Below are positions 29,801 through 36,782 of a DNA stretch of 64,000 nucleotides, in pieces. The notes under the pieces were generated by a model. It did not search any database, had not been told where the DNA came from, and saw only the letters and a program-made list of their open reading frames with translations. The position numbers were made by a program, and so were the translations under genes. This DNA comes from Bacteroidales bacterium (GTDB lineage Bacteria > Bacteroidota > Bacteroidia > Bacteroidales > UBA3663). The stretch is taken from positions 105 through 64,104 of the forward strand of contig JAEEUA010000001.1 of assembly GCA_016286775.1 (NCBI GenBank), in the 5' to 3' direction. Each line of letters opens with the position of its first letter. Positions within the stretch are counted from its first letter, which is position 1.

Positions 29801-30952
29801 GCTCAGGTTTATTACTATGCTTTCACTGACAATAAGACACCCAAGGCAGCATGGCCGGGAGAAAGGATAAATGAACTCAATTCGGCCGGATATTATGAAG
29901 TTACCTTGATGGAGGGCTATACTACCATCGTCTTCAACAAGGGTGTGGATGGTGAAGGAAATCAGACTGGAGACCTTCCTGTCGAAGATGGCAAGATCTA
30001 TTCGCTGAATGCAGGAGCCAATACCCAGGATGGCTATACGGTCTATTTCAATAATACATCCAATTGGCCTAAAGTTTGTGCTCATATTTGGAACGACCAA
30101 AATCAAAACCTTTATGGCGCATGGCCAGGTCAGGAATTGACGACCAAGACCGATGATGGCTATTACATGGTTCACGTCGATGATGCATCGTATTGCAACA
30201 TCATCTTCAACATTGGAAACAATGGCCAGCAGACTGCTGATCTTGCAGCCGTTGACGGACGTGTTTATACACCAGCTGGTATGACTGACGACCTTGTCTT
30301 GACAGAGGGATATGCATACTTCAATGCCAGTGAGTTTACAGCTACTACCGCCAAGTACACTCGTGTGGCTAATAACAATTGGGGTACCATCATCCTGCCA
30401 TTCGAACTTACGAGTGATGAAAATGTCCAGTATTATGAGCTCAAGTCGATTGGTGAAGAAACGATGACGTTTGAGGAAGTCGAAACTGTGCCTGCAGGAC
30501 AACCTGCGGTGTTCTATCTGACAGAAACTGGTTCCCTCACAATCAACGCAGCGAATGTAAAGGTTGTTCCAACGGCCGATGAAAACAAATATGGCTCCGA
30601 TGTTTCGTCATGGTACATGAACGGTACATACAAGACGGTGAATAAGGCATCGACAAGCAATAATTATATCTATTATATTGCAAATAATGCGTTCTGGTGC
30701 TCAAAGTATGATGAATCAACACAGTCTTATCCGTCAATCGAGGCCAAACCATTCCGTGCTTGGATAGAGCATGCTTCTTCCGAACCTATGTTTGCCCGCT
30801 TCCGTATCATGGATCAGGAGGACCCTGAAGGCATAGAATTGATTCAATCTGAGACCTCTGATAGCTCAATCTATGACCTCTATGGTCGTCAACTGTCTGC
30901 TCCCAAGAAAGGCTTCAATGTCATCAATGGCAAGTTGATTATCATCAAGTAA
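26855..30952 (+). CDS. GH13 alpha-amylase with tandem carbohydrate-binding repeats and a T9SS C-terminal domain
   Basis: GH13 regions I-IV are present: DVVVNH, GFRYDMVKG, GEFWD and FADNHDT. Signal peptide MKKILLSVAMLCMALCG. Six tandem repeats. The C-terminus is YDLYGRQLSAPKKGFNVINGKLIIIK. Confidence 0.85.
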   Translation: MKKILLSVAMLCMALCGRAETQDAYVGWPANYDGVMLQGFWWDSYDATKWSNLTARANELSQYFDLIWIPNSGTCSGDYNGSQGKSMGYDPCYWLHHNSCFGTEAELRTMIDTYKEKGVGFIADVVVNHKKGKTNWCDFPNESVDGTGQNAGITYNLEWDNSYFSGICKNDECNYYKDELGNYPYKTSGEYDTGDNFDGYRDLDHTNQHVRENIMIYLHFLLNELGFAGFRYDMVKGYSAGYIQQYNNNEYARGLYGTSAVPTFSVGEFWDNQENTQNWINGTGRTSAAFDFALKFTLNDAISRGNYAALQNKSFTYDPSYSRLSVTFADNHDTGRESSKLENNWSAANAFILASPGTPCVWFPHYEADPVNIRAMILARKACGITNTGYEILKQYPVENNGGYILETKGSKGSVYVQLGSAADDGTPDGYTLVAEGDAYKFYSTKADFASVNVSPNGGPFTTETKDVTLTAVNANEAWYKIDNGDPVSFSGEKTVQIGNGCNVNEEITISWGATGADNVEYTGSTTFTKRDAYNTPTVEENEVSVFFETNANEVTIWAWDDDEVNYTGGVWENKPAMNLMGVNEAGKLVHKWTYSGTGKPTHVLFVADDNQTSDFAFVNHGYYTESGISYHLGTNTVYFDNTVSNWEHVYYYAWDSNDHDKAAWPGEEITAVNGQYKVTLDGVYTNIIFNDGNGSILGVTKTKDLSVIDGATYAMGTNTVSFDNSQLGWDNVYYYAYTDNEIPKVEWPGESLSENTNGIYGVTLLEGYTKVIFHNNTTGIVGETKTANLDVVDGTVYTIGANTVYFDNSISQWNVVYYYAFTEDGTSKKDWPGEKFAANPEDKYEVTLSDIYTKIIFNNGTGGNVGVSQTEDLTIENGKEYALATHTVYYDNSQTNWENVYYYTFTDKGASKKAWPGETIAANANGKYEVTLLGGYSSIIFSDGNGGVKRVNQTEDLTVEDGKTYTLTANTVYFDNTGADWAQVYYYAFTDNKTPKAAWPGERINELNSAGYYEVTLMEGYTTIVFNKGVDGEGNQTGDLPVEDGKIYSLNAGANTQDGYTVYFNNTSNWPKVCAHIWNDQNQNLYGAWPGQELTTKTDDGYYMVHVDDASYCNIIFNIGNNGQQTADLAAVDGRVYTPAGMTDDLVLTEGYAYFNASEFTATTAKYTRVANNNWGTIILPFELTSDENVQYYELKSIGEETMTFEEVETVPAGQPAVFYLTETGSLTINAANVKVVPTADENKYGSDVSSWYMNGTYKTVNKASTSNNYIYYIANNAFWCSKYDESTQSYPSIEAKPFRAWIEHASSEPMFARFRIMDQEDPEGIELIQSETSDSSIYDLYGRQLSAPKKGFNVINGKLIIIK
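28754..30274 (+). repeat. Six in-frame tandem repeats of about 249-252 bp (83-84 aa) inside the amylase gene; a degenerate seventh copy lies at 28481-28753
   Basis: Each unit reads TVYFDN-x4-W-x2-VYYYA(W/F/Y)-x7-9-WPGE-x-(I/F/L)...Y-x-VTL...(I)IF(N/S)-x-G...T-x-DL-x-(V/I)-x-(D/N)G-x-(Y)... This is the CBM25/26-like starch-binding pattern. Confidence 0.85.
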
Positions 30953-30971
30953 TTCCTAATAATTGAAAGTT

Positions 30972-31124
30972 ATGAAAAAGATATATGCAAGACCGGCTTT
31001 TGAAGTCGTTTCGATGAGAGAGACTGATGTCATCGCTACCAGTAAAGTCCTTGGAGCAGGGGAAGGAACTCCTCCGCCGAGCATGGAAGCCAAGCGTCAT
31101 AACGCCATCTGGGACGAGGAATAA
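30972..31124 (+). CDS. Unannotated 50-aa ORF 19 nt downstream of the amylase
   Basis: ATG to TAA gives MKKIYARPAFEVVSMRETDVIATSKVLGAGEGTPPPSMEAKRHNAIWDEE. It is below the 60-aa cutoff of the ORF track and has no hydrophobic segment. Confidence 0.3.
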   Translation: MKKIYARPAFEVVSMRETDVIATSKVLGAGEGTPPPSMEAKRHNAIWDEE

Positions 31125-31162
31125 TTAACTCTTTTCCTCTTGAACACGAATTGTCACAAATA

Positions 31163-31217
31163 GACACGAATATTTTCGGTTATTGGTGGAAAGCACTTCG
31201 CTGAAAATATTCGTGTC
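31163..31217. repeat. Perfect 15-bp inverted repeat with a 25-nt spacer
   Basis: GACACGAATATTTTC at 31163-31177 and GAAAATATTCGTGTC at 31203-31217. No T-tract follows, so it could be a terminator-like element or an operator. Confidence 0.4.
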
Positions 31218-31396
31218 GAATACGAGTGAAAAGGTCGCTATTTGTATAGCTAAGTTTGCAAAATGATGGATTTGTCATTCATTTGGTTTATTTTTGACAA
31301 TGGGTTGACACATTTTAACGAAAAAATACGTATCTTCGCACTCGTATATGTGTAATTTTATAGACACAACATTTTAAATACATTATAAAAATTATT

Positions 31397-32557
31397 ATGA
31401 AAAAAATTTTTGCATTGCTCGCTGTAGCGTCTGCATTCACCCTGGCTAATGCCCAGGAAGAGATCGCTGGTGTTAAGTATGACGACGGTATCGCCAAGAA
31501 GTGGGAGTTCAAGTTCGACGGCGGATATAATAACGACTTCGTCTCTGAGGACTATGACAATGGCCTGCTCGAAGGTAGTGAAGGTTGGAATGCTAACGTC
31601 GGTGTTGGTTACAATTTTACCAGCAATTGGTTCGTTGGCTTGAATAGTGGTTACTGGTATCGTTGGGCTGGTGTTAGGTCACAGCGTCATGGTCATGTGA
31701 TTCCTGCTTTGCTCGACGTAGTTTATCGTTGGAATCTGGGTACTGCCGAGAAGTGGTCTGTTTTCCTGGAAGGCCGTGGTGGTTATCTTTTCAACCTGCA
31801 GGAAGACTTTACATTCAAGGGTAAAGAATATGAACCAGGTAACTATATCTATGCTGATGCTCAGGCTGGTGTTTACTACCGTATCCGTCGCAATATCGAC
31901 TTGAAGTTTGCTCTCGGTTGGGGCTATGGTTTTGACCAGACTGATGACTATACTCCTGCTGTCACCCACAATGAACACCCCTTCACAGCTAAGGTAGGTA
32001 TGAACTTCCGTGGCAAACCAACCACCGCTTCGCGTGCTGAGCTCCTCGAGGAGGCTGCTCGTCTGGCTGCTGAGGCTGAGGCTGCTCGCCTGAAGGCTGA
32101 GGAGGCTGCCCGTCTGCTTGCTGAGGCTGAGGCTAAGCGTGCCGCTGAGGCTGCTGCCGAGGCTGCCCGTCTGGCTGCCGAGAAGGCTGCTGCCGAGAAG
32201 GCTGCTGCTGAGCTCGCTGCTCGTTCCGCCGCTACCAACCTGGTATTCTTCTACAACATCCGCGTGACCACCATCGATGCTCAGGATGATGCCAAGCTCC
32301 AGGAGCTCGTGAACTACGTGAAGAACGGCAAGGTGAACATGATCTACATCAAGGGCTATGCTGATAAGGGTACCGGTAATCCTTACGTGAACCGCAAGTA
32401 TGCTAAGCAGCGTGCCGAGAACATCAAGAAGACCTTGATCAATAAGTATGGTATCGATGCTAAGATGATCGAGTGCCTCTCTTATGGCGACACCGTTCAG
32501 CCTTATCCAGAGAATGACAAGAACCGTTGCGCTACGATCTTCGTAGAGTTCGAATAA
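31397..32557 (+). CDS. OmpA-family outer-membrane protein (N-terminal beta-barrel, Ala/Glu-rich helical spacer, C-terminal OmpA domain)
   Basis: Signal peptide MKKIFALLAVASAFTLANAQ. The N-terminal half is Gly/aromatic-rich. The C-terminal part IKGYADKGTGNPYVNRKYAKQRAENIKKTLI resembles the OmpA_C peptidoglycan-binding pattern. Confidence 0.8.
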   Translation: MKKIFALLAVASAFTLANAQEEIAGVKYDDGIAKKWEFKFDGGYNNDFVSEDYDNGLLEGSEGWNANVGVGYNFTSNWFVGLNSGYWYRWAGVRSQRHGHVIPALLDVVYRWNLGTAEKWSVFLEGRGGYLFNLQEDFTFKGKEYEPGNYIYADAQAGVYYRIRRNIDLKFALGWGYGFDQTDDYTPAVTHNEHPFTAKVGMNFRGKPTTASRAELLEEAARLAAEAEAARLKAEEAARLLAEAEAKRAAEAAAEAARLAAEKAAAEKAAAELAARSAATNLVFFYNIRVTTIDAQDDAKLQELVNYVKNGKVNMIYIKGYADKGTGNPYVNRKYAKQRAENIKKTLINKYGIDAKMIECLSYGDTVQPYPENDKNRCATIFVEFE

Positions 32558-32594
32558 TCATCACACATAACGCGAATTTATTGTTAAAACTACT

Positions 32595-32625
32595 AACGCC
32601 GCAGTTCTCTGCGGCGTTATTTTTT
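32595..32625 (+). terminator. Rho-independent terminator of the OmpA-family gene
   Basis: A perfect 10-bp stem, AACGCCGCAG / CTGCGGCGTT, with a 4-nt loop, followed by ATTTTTT. Confidence 0.75.
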
Positions 32626-32662
32626 GATAACTCCAAAGTGAAGATTTTTTGTTTTTATATAA

Positions 32663-32896
32663 CATTAATTACCGTTAATTACTCGTTAATTATCCGTTAA
32701 TGATATGTAGGTATGTACAAGTAAGGTCCTACCAGGGTTAAGACGAGAAGTAGTAAACTCTTTGTAGGGTTAAAGTCTAATTCCAGTCAAGTTTTTTCAG
32801 GGAACTACATTAACGTTTTAAAATAGATTTAGACTTTAATTACCGTTATTACTTGTTATTTATCAGTTAATTATATGTGGGTTAATGATATGTGAA
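32663..32896 (+). repeat. Two direct copies of an AT-rich module of about 50 bp (TTAATTACCGTTAATTACTCGTTAAT...GTTAATGATATGT)
   Basis: Copy 1 is at 32663-32712 and copy 2 at 32834-32896. A third copy lies downstream of the GxxExxY gene. Confidence 0.55.
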
Positions 32897-32940
32897 CTGA
32901 TGTAATTCTAACAAATCTTAAACTGTTTAATATTAATATT

Positions 32941-33432
32941 ATGACAGATCTACTATCTTATTCGAATCTCGTTTATAGAATCATAGGTGCTGCTATGGAG
33001 GTCCATTCGAAGCTAAATTGGGGTCTATTGGAACCTGTTTATCAGGAGGCTATGCACCTTGAGTTACTTGATCGTGGTATTGACAACGAACGGGAGAAAG
33101 AGATTGAAATCTTCTACAAACACCATCACTTGGATAAAAAGTACAAGATGGATATTGTTGTTGGGGATATTGTCGTCGAATTAAAGTCAGTGACTAAGCT
33201 TTCTCCTTCTCATCGTGCTCAATTATGTAATTATCTTCGCCTAACACGTAAGCCCCTTGGATTGTTGATCAACTTTGGAGAGAAACATCTGGTCGGAGAG
33301 AGATGGGCTTACGATGAGAACACCAATGAATGTTTTATCGTTGACCGCAATATGGATCCTCTTTCAGATGCTGATTATAGTTTTCTTCTTGACAGTGAAG
33401 AGGAGGATAAAGATGACAGTACACTTCAATAA
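32941..33432 (+). CDS. GxxExxY-family protein (PD-(D/E)XK-like) with an acidic C-terminal extension
   Basis: IIGAAMEVHSKLNWGLLEPVYQEAMHLEL...DIVVGDIVVELKS...QLCNYLRLT...GLLINFG matches the GxxExxY pattern. The tail is SEEEDKDDSTLQ. Confidence 0.75.
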   Translation: MTDLLSYSNLVYRIIGAAMEVHSKLNWGLLEPVYQEAMHLELLDRGIDNEREKEIEIFYKHHHLDKKYKMDIVVGDIVVELKSVTKLSPSHRAQLCNYLRLTRKPLGLLINFGEKHLVGERWAYDENTNECFIVDRNMDPLSDADYSFLLDSEEEDKDDSTLQ

Positions 33433-33491
33433 CCACCCTTCATTAATGAAAATTAACGGCACATTATACGGTCATTAACGTTAGAATTTGA

Positions 33492-33538
33492 CATTAATTG
33501 ATATTAATTACTCGTTAGTTTGTAGTTAATGTAGGTGG
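33492..33538 (+). repeat. Third copy of the AT-rich module, abutting the GH2 stop codon
   Basis: CATTAATTGATATTAATTACTCGTTAGTTTGTAGTTAATGTAGGTGG aligns with copy 1 at 32663-32712. Confidence 0.5.
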
Positions 33539-36361
33539 TTATTGCTGAAGGAGGAGGGTCGGGTTGAGGGGGAAGCGACCGGCATTGTAGCCGTAGATAG
33601 CCAGGCCACCGGGAGCTTGATGGTCAGGGGTGGTTGCAGGCACCTCAAGGCGTATGGTGATGGGGGAACCGGACTTGAGGAACCGGATGGGGATGTTGAC
33701 GGACTGGAGGTATCCGTAGGAACCGGCCTCGTCGAGGCGAAATTTGGGTTGTGAGGGGTTGTAGGCATCGTCCTTGGGGGCAGTGATGTTCTGGGACTGC
33801 CAGGAGAGGGCGCCCCGATGGTCGGCGGGATCGTCGGGGAGGGTGAGTGTTTCGACGTACTTTCCGTTGATCCTGACGATGACTTGGGAGGGATAGGTGT
33901 CCTGGTCGGTCTGCGGATAGCTGTTTGGAAGTCCGCTGGGGTCGGCGATGCCTTGACCACGCATGAAGTCACCTTGGCTGGACGTGCCTTCGCGATCCTT
34001 GCCGTTGAGGCGCTTGGCAGAGGCTTCGAATAGGAGCGTGGCACGCCTGAGGTGCTTGACCTTGACGTAATCGGGTATCATGACCTGATACTCGAAGTAT
34101 CCGCTGCCGAAGCCGTTGACCTTTTCGCCGCCCATGGCGTAGGAGGTCTTTTCAGACCATTCTGCCTTGGTGAAGCTATGGGGTGCGAAGGTCCTGACGG
34201 TGAGGCCGGGAGTTTCGGATGCTTGGGTGCCGTCCTTGACACGAAGGAGGACGAAGTTGCGATGGAGGGGATTGCCAAGCTCGTCGCGCAAGATGAAGCG
34301 CACGACATAGAGGCCGTTTCGACGAGGAGCGGTCAGGATGGTGGAGTTGATGGGCTCGTTGGCGTAGGGCTTGAAAGGAATGGGGTCGAAGAAGAGGACT
34401 TCCTCTTCGATGGGTTCGCCAAGGTCGTTCCATCCGGCAAGGGAGGTTTCGAGCATCAGGTTGCCAGGGTTGACATCGGTCATGATGGAGAGATAACGAC
34501 CGATGATGACCTGACTTTGCGCTTTCACGTCCTGGATGAGAGGACAACGCGGGGAGACGTAGTAGGGCGAATGGAAGTCGCGCATCGACATACCGGGGAC
34601 GAAGGAGTCGAGACCATCGACCTTCGGGCTGCGATCGTAGCGCACGTATCCGTTCCATTCGTTGACAACGTCGTGGTGTTCGGTGTAGAGCCAGCCGGCG
34701 CATTGGGGATGGGCACGGAAGGCATTGATCATCAGATGATAGTCCCACGTGATATCGACGTCGCCTGTGGCACCATCGTAGCCCCAGACATTGCCACATT
34801 CGCTGTTGAGCATGGGAATACGCGTCTGATGACGGTCGCCGGTGTAGTTCCAGATGGAGCCTTCGTAGGTTCGACTGCAGTATTCGTCGAGCTTTGATTC
34901 CCAAGCTGTGCCGGGGAAGTAGCCATGCCAGGAGTTGAGGTCGGTGATGAAGTGGTCGAAGTTGCAGGGAGAGTTATCCTCGACAAGACGGGTAGGGTCG
35001 AGCTGTTTGGTGAGCTGATACATCTGTTCAACCCAGTTTTGCGTGGTCCAGTGGTAGCGACGCAGTCCGTCGGCCTTGCGCGTGGAGAAGAGTCCCCACG
35101 TCTCGTTGAAGTTGACCCAGGCGAAGATGGACGGGTGGTTGAAGTCGCGACGAAGCTGTCCGCGCATGCAACGTTCCCAGTCCTCGCGTCCAAGCGGGTT
35201 GTCGTCGGCCCACCAGTTGGGAGTGTCCTGCATGATGAGGAGGCCAAGGCGGTCGGCCCAGTAGAGCTTGCGGGGGACTTCGGCCTTGATGTGGATGCGG
35301 TTGCCGGTAAGGCCGAGCTCCTTGGAAATCTCTATGTCGCGACGCATGTCGTCGTCGGAGGGATAGGTGTAGAAGCCCTGCGGGTTGTAGCTCTGGTCGA
35401 GGGTGAGCTGGAGGTAGATGGGATGACCGTTGAGGGTGACGTAGGGGAATTGGGTGCCGGGGAGCGTGTCCACGCGGATGGAGCGCTGACCGAAGTAGGT
35501 CTTGACAATGTCGAAGGACGAACGTTCGCGCGTGATGGACACTTCGACCTCGTAGAGATAGGGGTCATCGAGGTTCCAAAGGTGCTGCTTGTGGAGCGGA
35601 AGATGGAAGCTATAGACCTTATCGTTGCGATTGTAGCGAGCGGGAGAGAACCTGTAGTCGGCCTCTTCCCCATTGGGGAAGTGGAGACGGATGGATTCAC
35701 CCGAGGAGAGGGGCTGATCGACAGCGACTTCCACACGGACGATGGAGTTTTCGACATAAGGCTGGAAGTGGACATAGTCGATGTACTTCTGGCCACGAGC
35801 TTCGAGATAGACGGTCTGCCAGATGCCCCGTACGTCACCATAGCCCTGCTTGCCCGAGAGACGCTGGTCGTTGGGTGTGTCGTCTGCGACAATGAGAAGG
35901 TGCTGAGCAACATCGTCGAAGCCGGTGAGGTTCCAGGTAATCTCGACTTCGAAGGGCGTATAGCCACCCTGGTGGGAGGCGATGAGACGACCATTGAAGT
36001 AGATTTGGGTGTCCCAGTCACAGGCGCCGATAACGAGGAAGATGCGCTGGTTGCGCCAAGACTTTGGAACAAAGATGTCGCGGGCATAGTAACCGCGGTC
36101 GCCTAAATTGTCCACACCGGAGAGAGGGCTGCCCCATCCGAAGGGAACGGTGATCTGCCGGTCGAAAGTGACGGAAGTTTTGGATTCGGTGGCCAGTTGT
36201 CCAAGTTCGGTGTTGAAGGTGAACTGCCACGGCCCGTTGAGGTTGATCCAGTCGAGACGCTCGAAGTCGGGACGGGGATGTTCGGGGAGTGGGATGGTTT
36301 GGGCAGCAGTTGTCGCGATGGTGAAAGTCAGCAGGGCCAGAAGGGAGAGGAGGGGTTTCAT
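33539..36361 (-). CDS. Glycoside hydrolase family 2 (beta-galactosidase/beta-mannosidase-like), secreted
   Basis: 940 aa with signal peptide MKPLLSLLALLTFTIATTAAQ. NHPSIFAWVNFNETWG is the acid/base region and MLNSECG the nucleophile region. GC-rich. Confidence 0.85.
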   Translation of the reverse strand: MKPLLSLLALLTFTIATTAAQTIPLPEHPRPDFERLDWINLNGPWQFTFNTELGQLATESKTSVTFDRQITVPFGWGSPLSGVDNLGDRGYYARDIFVPKSWRNQRIFLVIGACDWDTQIYFNGRLIASHQGGYTPFEVEITWNLTGFDDVAQHLLIVADDTPNDQRLSGKQGYGDVRGIWQTVYLEARGQKYIDYVHFQPYVENSIVRVEVAVDQPLSSGESIRLHFPNGEEADYRFSPARYNRNDKVYSFHLPLHKQHLWNLDDPYLYEVEVSITRERSSFDIVKTYFGQRSIRVDTLPGTQFPYVTLNGHPIYLQLTLDQSYNPQGFYTYPSDDDMRRDIEISKELGLTGNRIHIKAEVPRKLYWADRLGLLIMQDTPNWWADDNPLGREDWERCMRGQLRRDFNHPSIFAWVNFNETWGLFSTRKADGLRRYHWTTQNWVEQMYQLTKQLDPTRLVEDNSPCNFDHFITDLNSWHGYFPGTAWESKLDEYCSRTYEGSIWNYTGDRHQTRIPMLNSECGNVWGYDGATGDVDITWDYHLMINAFRAHPQCAGWLYTEHHDVVNEWNGYVRYDRSPKVDGLDSFVPGMSMRDFHSPYYVSPRCPLIQDVKAQSQVIIGRYLSIMTDVNPGNLMLETSLAGWNDLGEPIEEEVLFFDPIPFKPYANEPINSTILTAPRRNGLYVVRFILRDELGNPLHRNFVLLRVKDGTQASETPGLTVRTFAPHSFTKAEWSEKTSYAMGGEKVNGFGSGYFEYQVMIPDYVKVKHLRRATLLFEASAKRLNGKDREGTSSQGDFMRGQGIADPSGLPNSYPQTDQDTYPSQVIVRINGKYVETLTLPDDPADHRGALSWQSQNITAPKDDAYNPSQPKFRLDEAGSYGYLQSVNIPIRFLKSGSPITIRLEVPATTPDHQAPGGLAIYGYNAGRFPLNPTLLLQQ

Positions 36362-36376
36362 TATTGTCGGGGTTAT

Positions 36377-36451
36377 GCAGCCAAGGATGGCTGCGACGGG
36401 GACGCTGGGGGTCCTTTTATCAGAAGCTGAGCAGCCAAGGATGGCTGCGAC
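36377..36451 (+). repeat. Two copies of the GCAGCCA-loop-TGGCTGC hairpin element
   Basis: GCAGCCAAGGATGGCTGCGAC occurs at 36377-36397 and 36431-36451. Each copy is followed by (G/T)(G/T)GGACGCT. Confidence 0.75.
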
Positions 36452-36728
36452 TTGGACGCTTGGCGGTTTTTTTTGCTATTTGGGGTGCAAAGATAGTGGA
36501 TTTTTGGATATTTTCCAAAAAAAATAAAGAAATTCTGCTTTTTGTGGTCCTCTTTTTGAGGCGATTAGGTGCGAATCTCTGTAAGCGCGTGCTAAACATG
36601 GCGCTACAGGTGCAAGGATGGGGCTATTTTGCTATGTGGCGAAGTGGAAATATGGGTTAATTTGGCAAAAAGAAGGACAATTTGGAAGATTTAACGGGAA
36701 GAAAGGGGGACGGAATGGGATTTTTGCG

Positions 36729-36736
36729 TATATTTG
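36729..36736 (+). promoter_or_regulatory. Candidate -7 box (TATATTTG) for the 36.8-47.8 kb cluster
   Basis: Matches TAnnTTTG, 47 nt upstream of ATG 36783. Confidence 0.35.
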
Positions 36737-36782
36737 CCGACGAATTTGTGTTTGGTTTGACTTTTAGGTCGCGATTTTGCAC

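Noticed and set aside
28319-30502. 727-aa ORF on the minus strand across the amylase repeat region
   Set aside because: It lies entirely antisense to a gene with clear GH13 and binding-repeat signatures. Its translation is low-complexity and repeat-derived with no recognisable motifs, so it is most likely an artefact of repeated codon usage.
33526-36527. Many 60-393-aa ORFs in other frames and on the other strand overlapping the GH2 gene (e.g. 34052..34897, 34925..36106, 35332..36087)
   Set aside because: These are typical open frames in GC-rich coding DNA. Their Pro/Arg/Ser/Gly-rich translations have no motifs, whereas the 940-aa minus-strand frame has the GH2 catalytic signatures.
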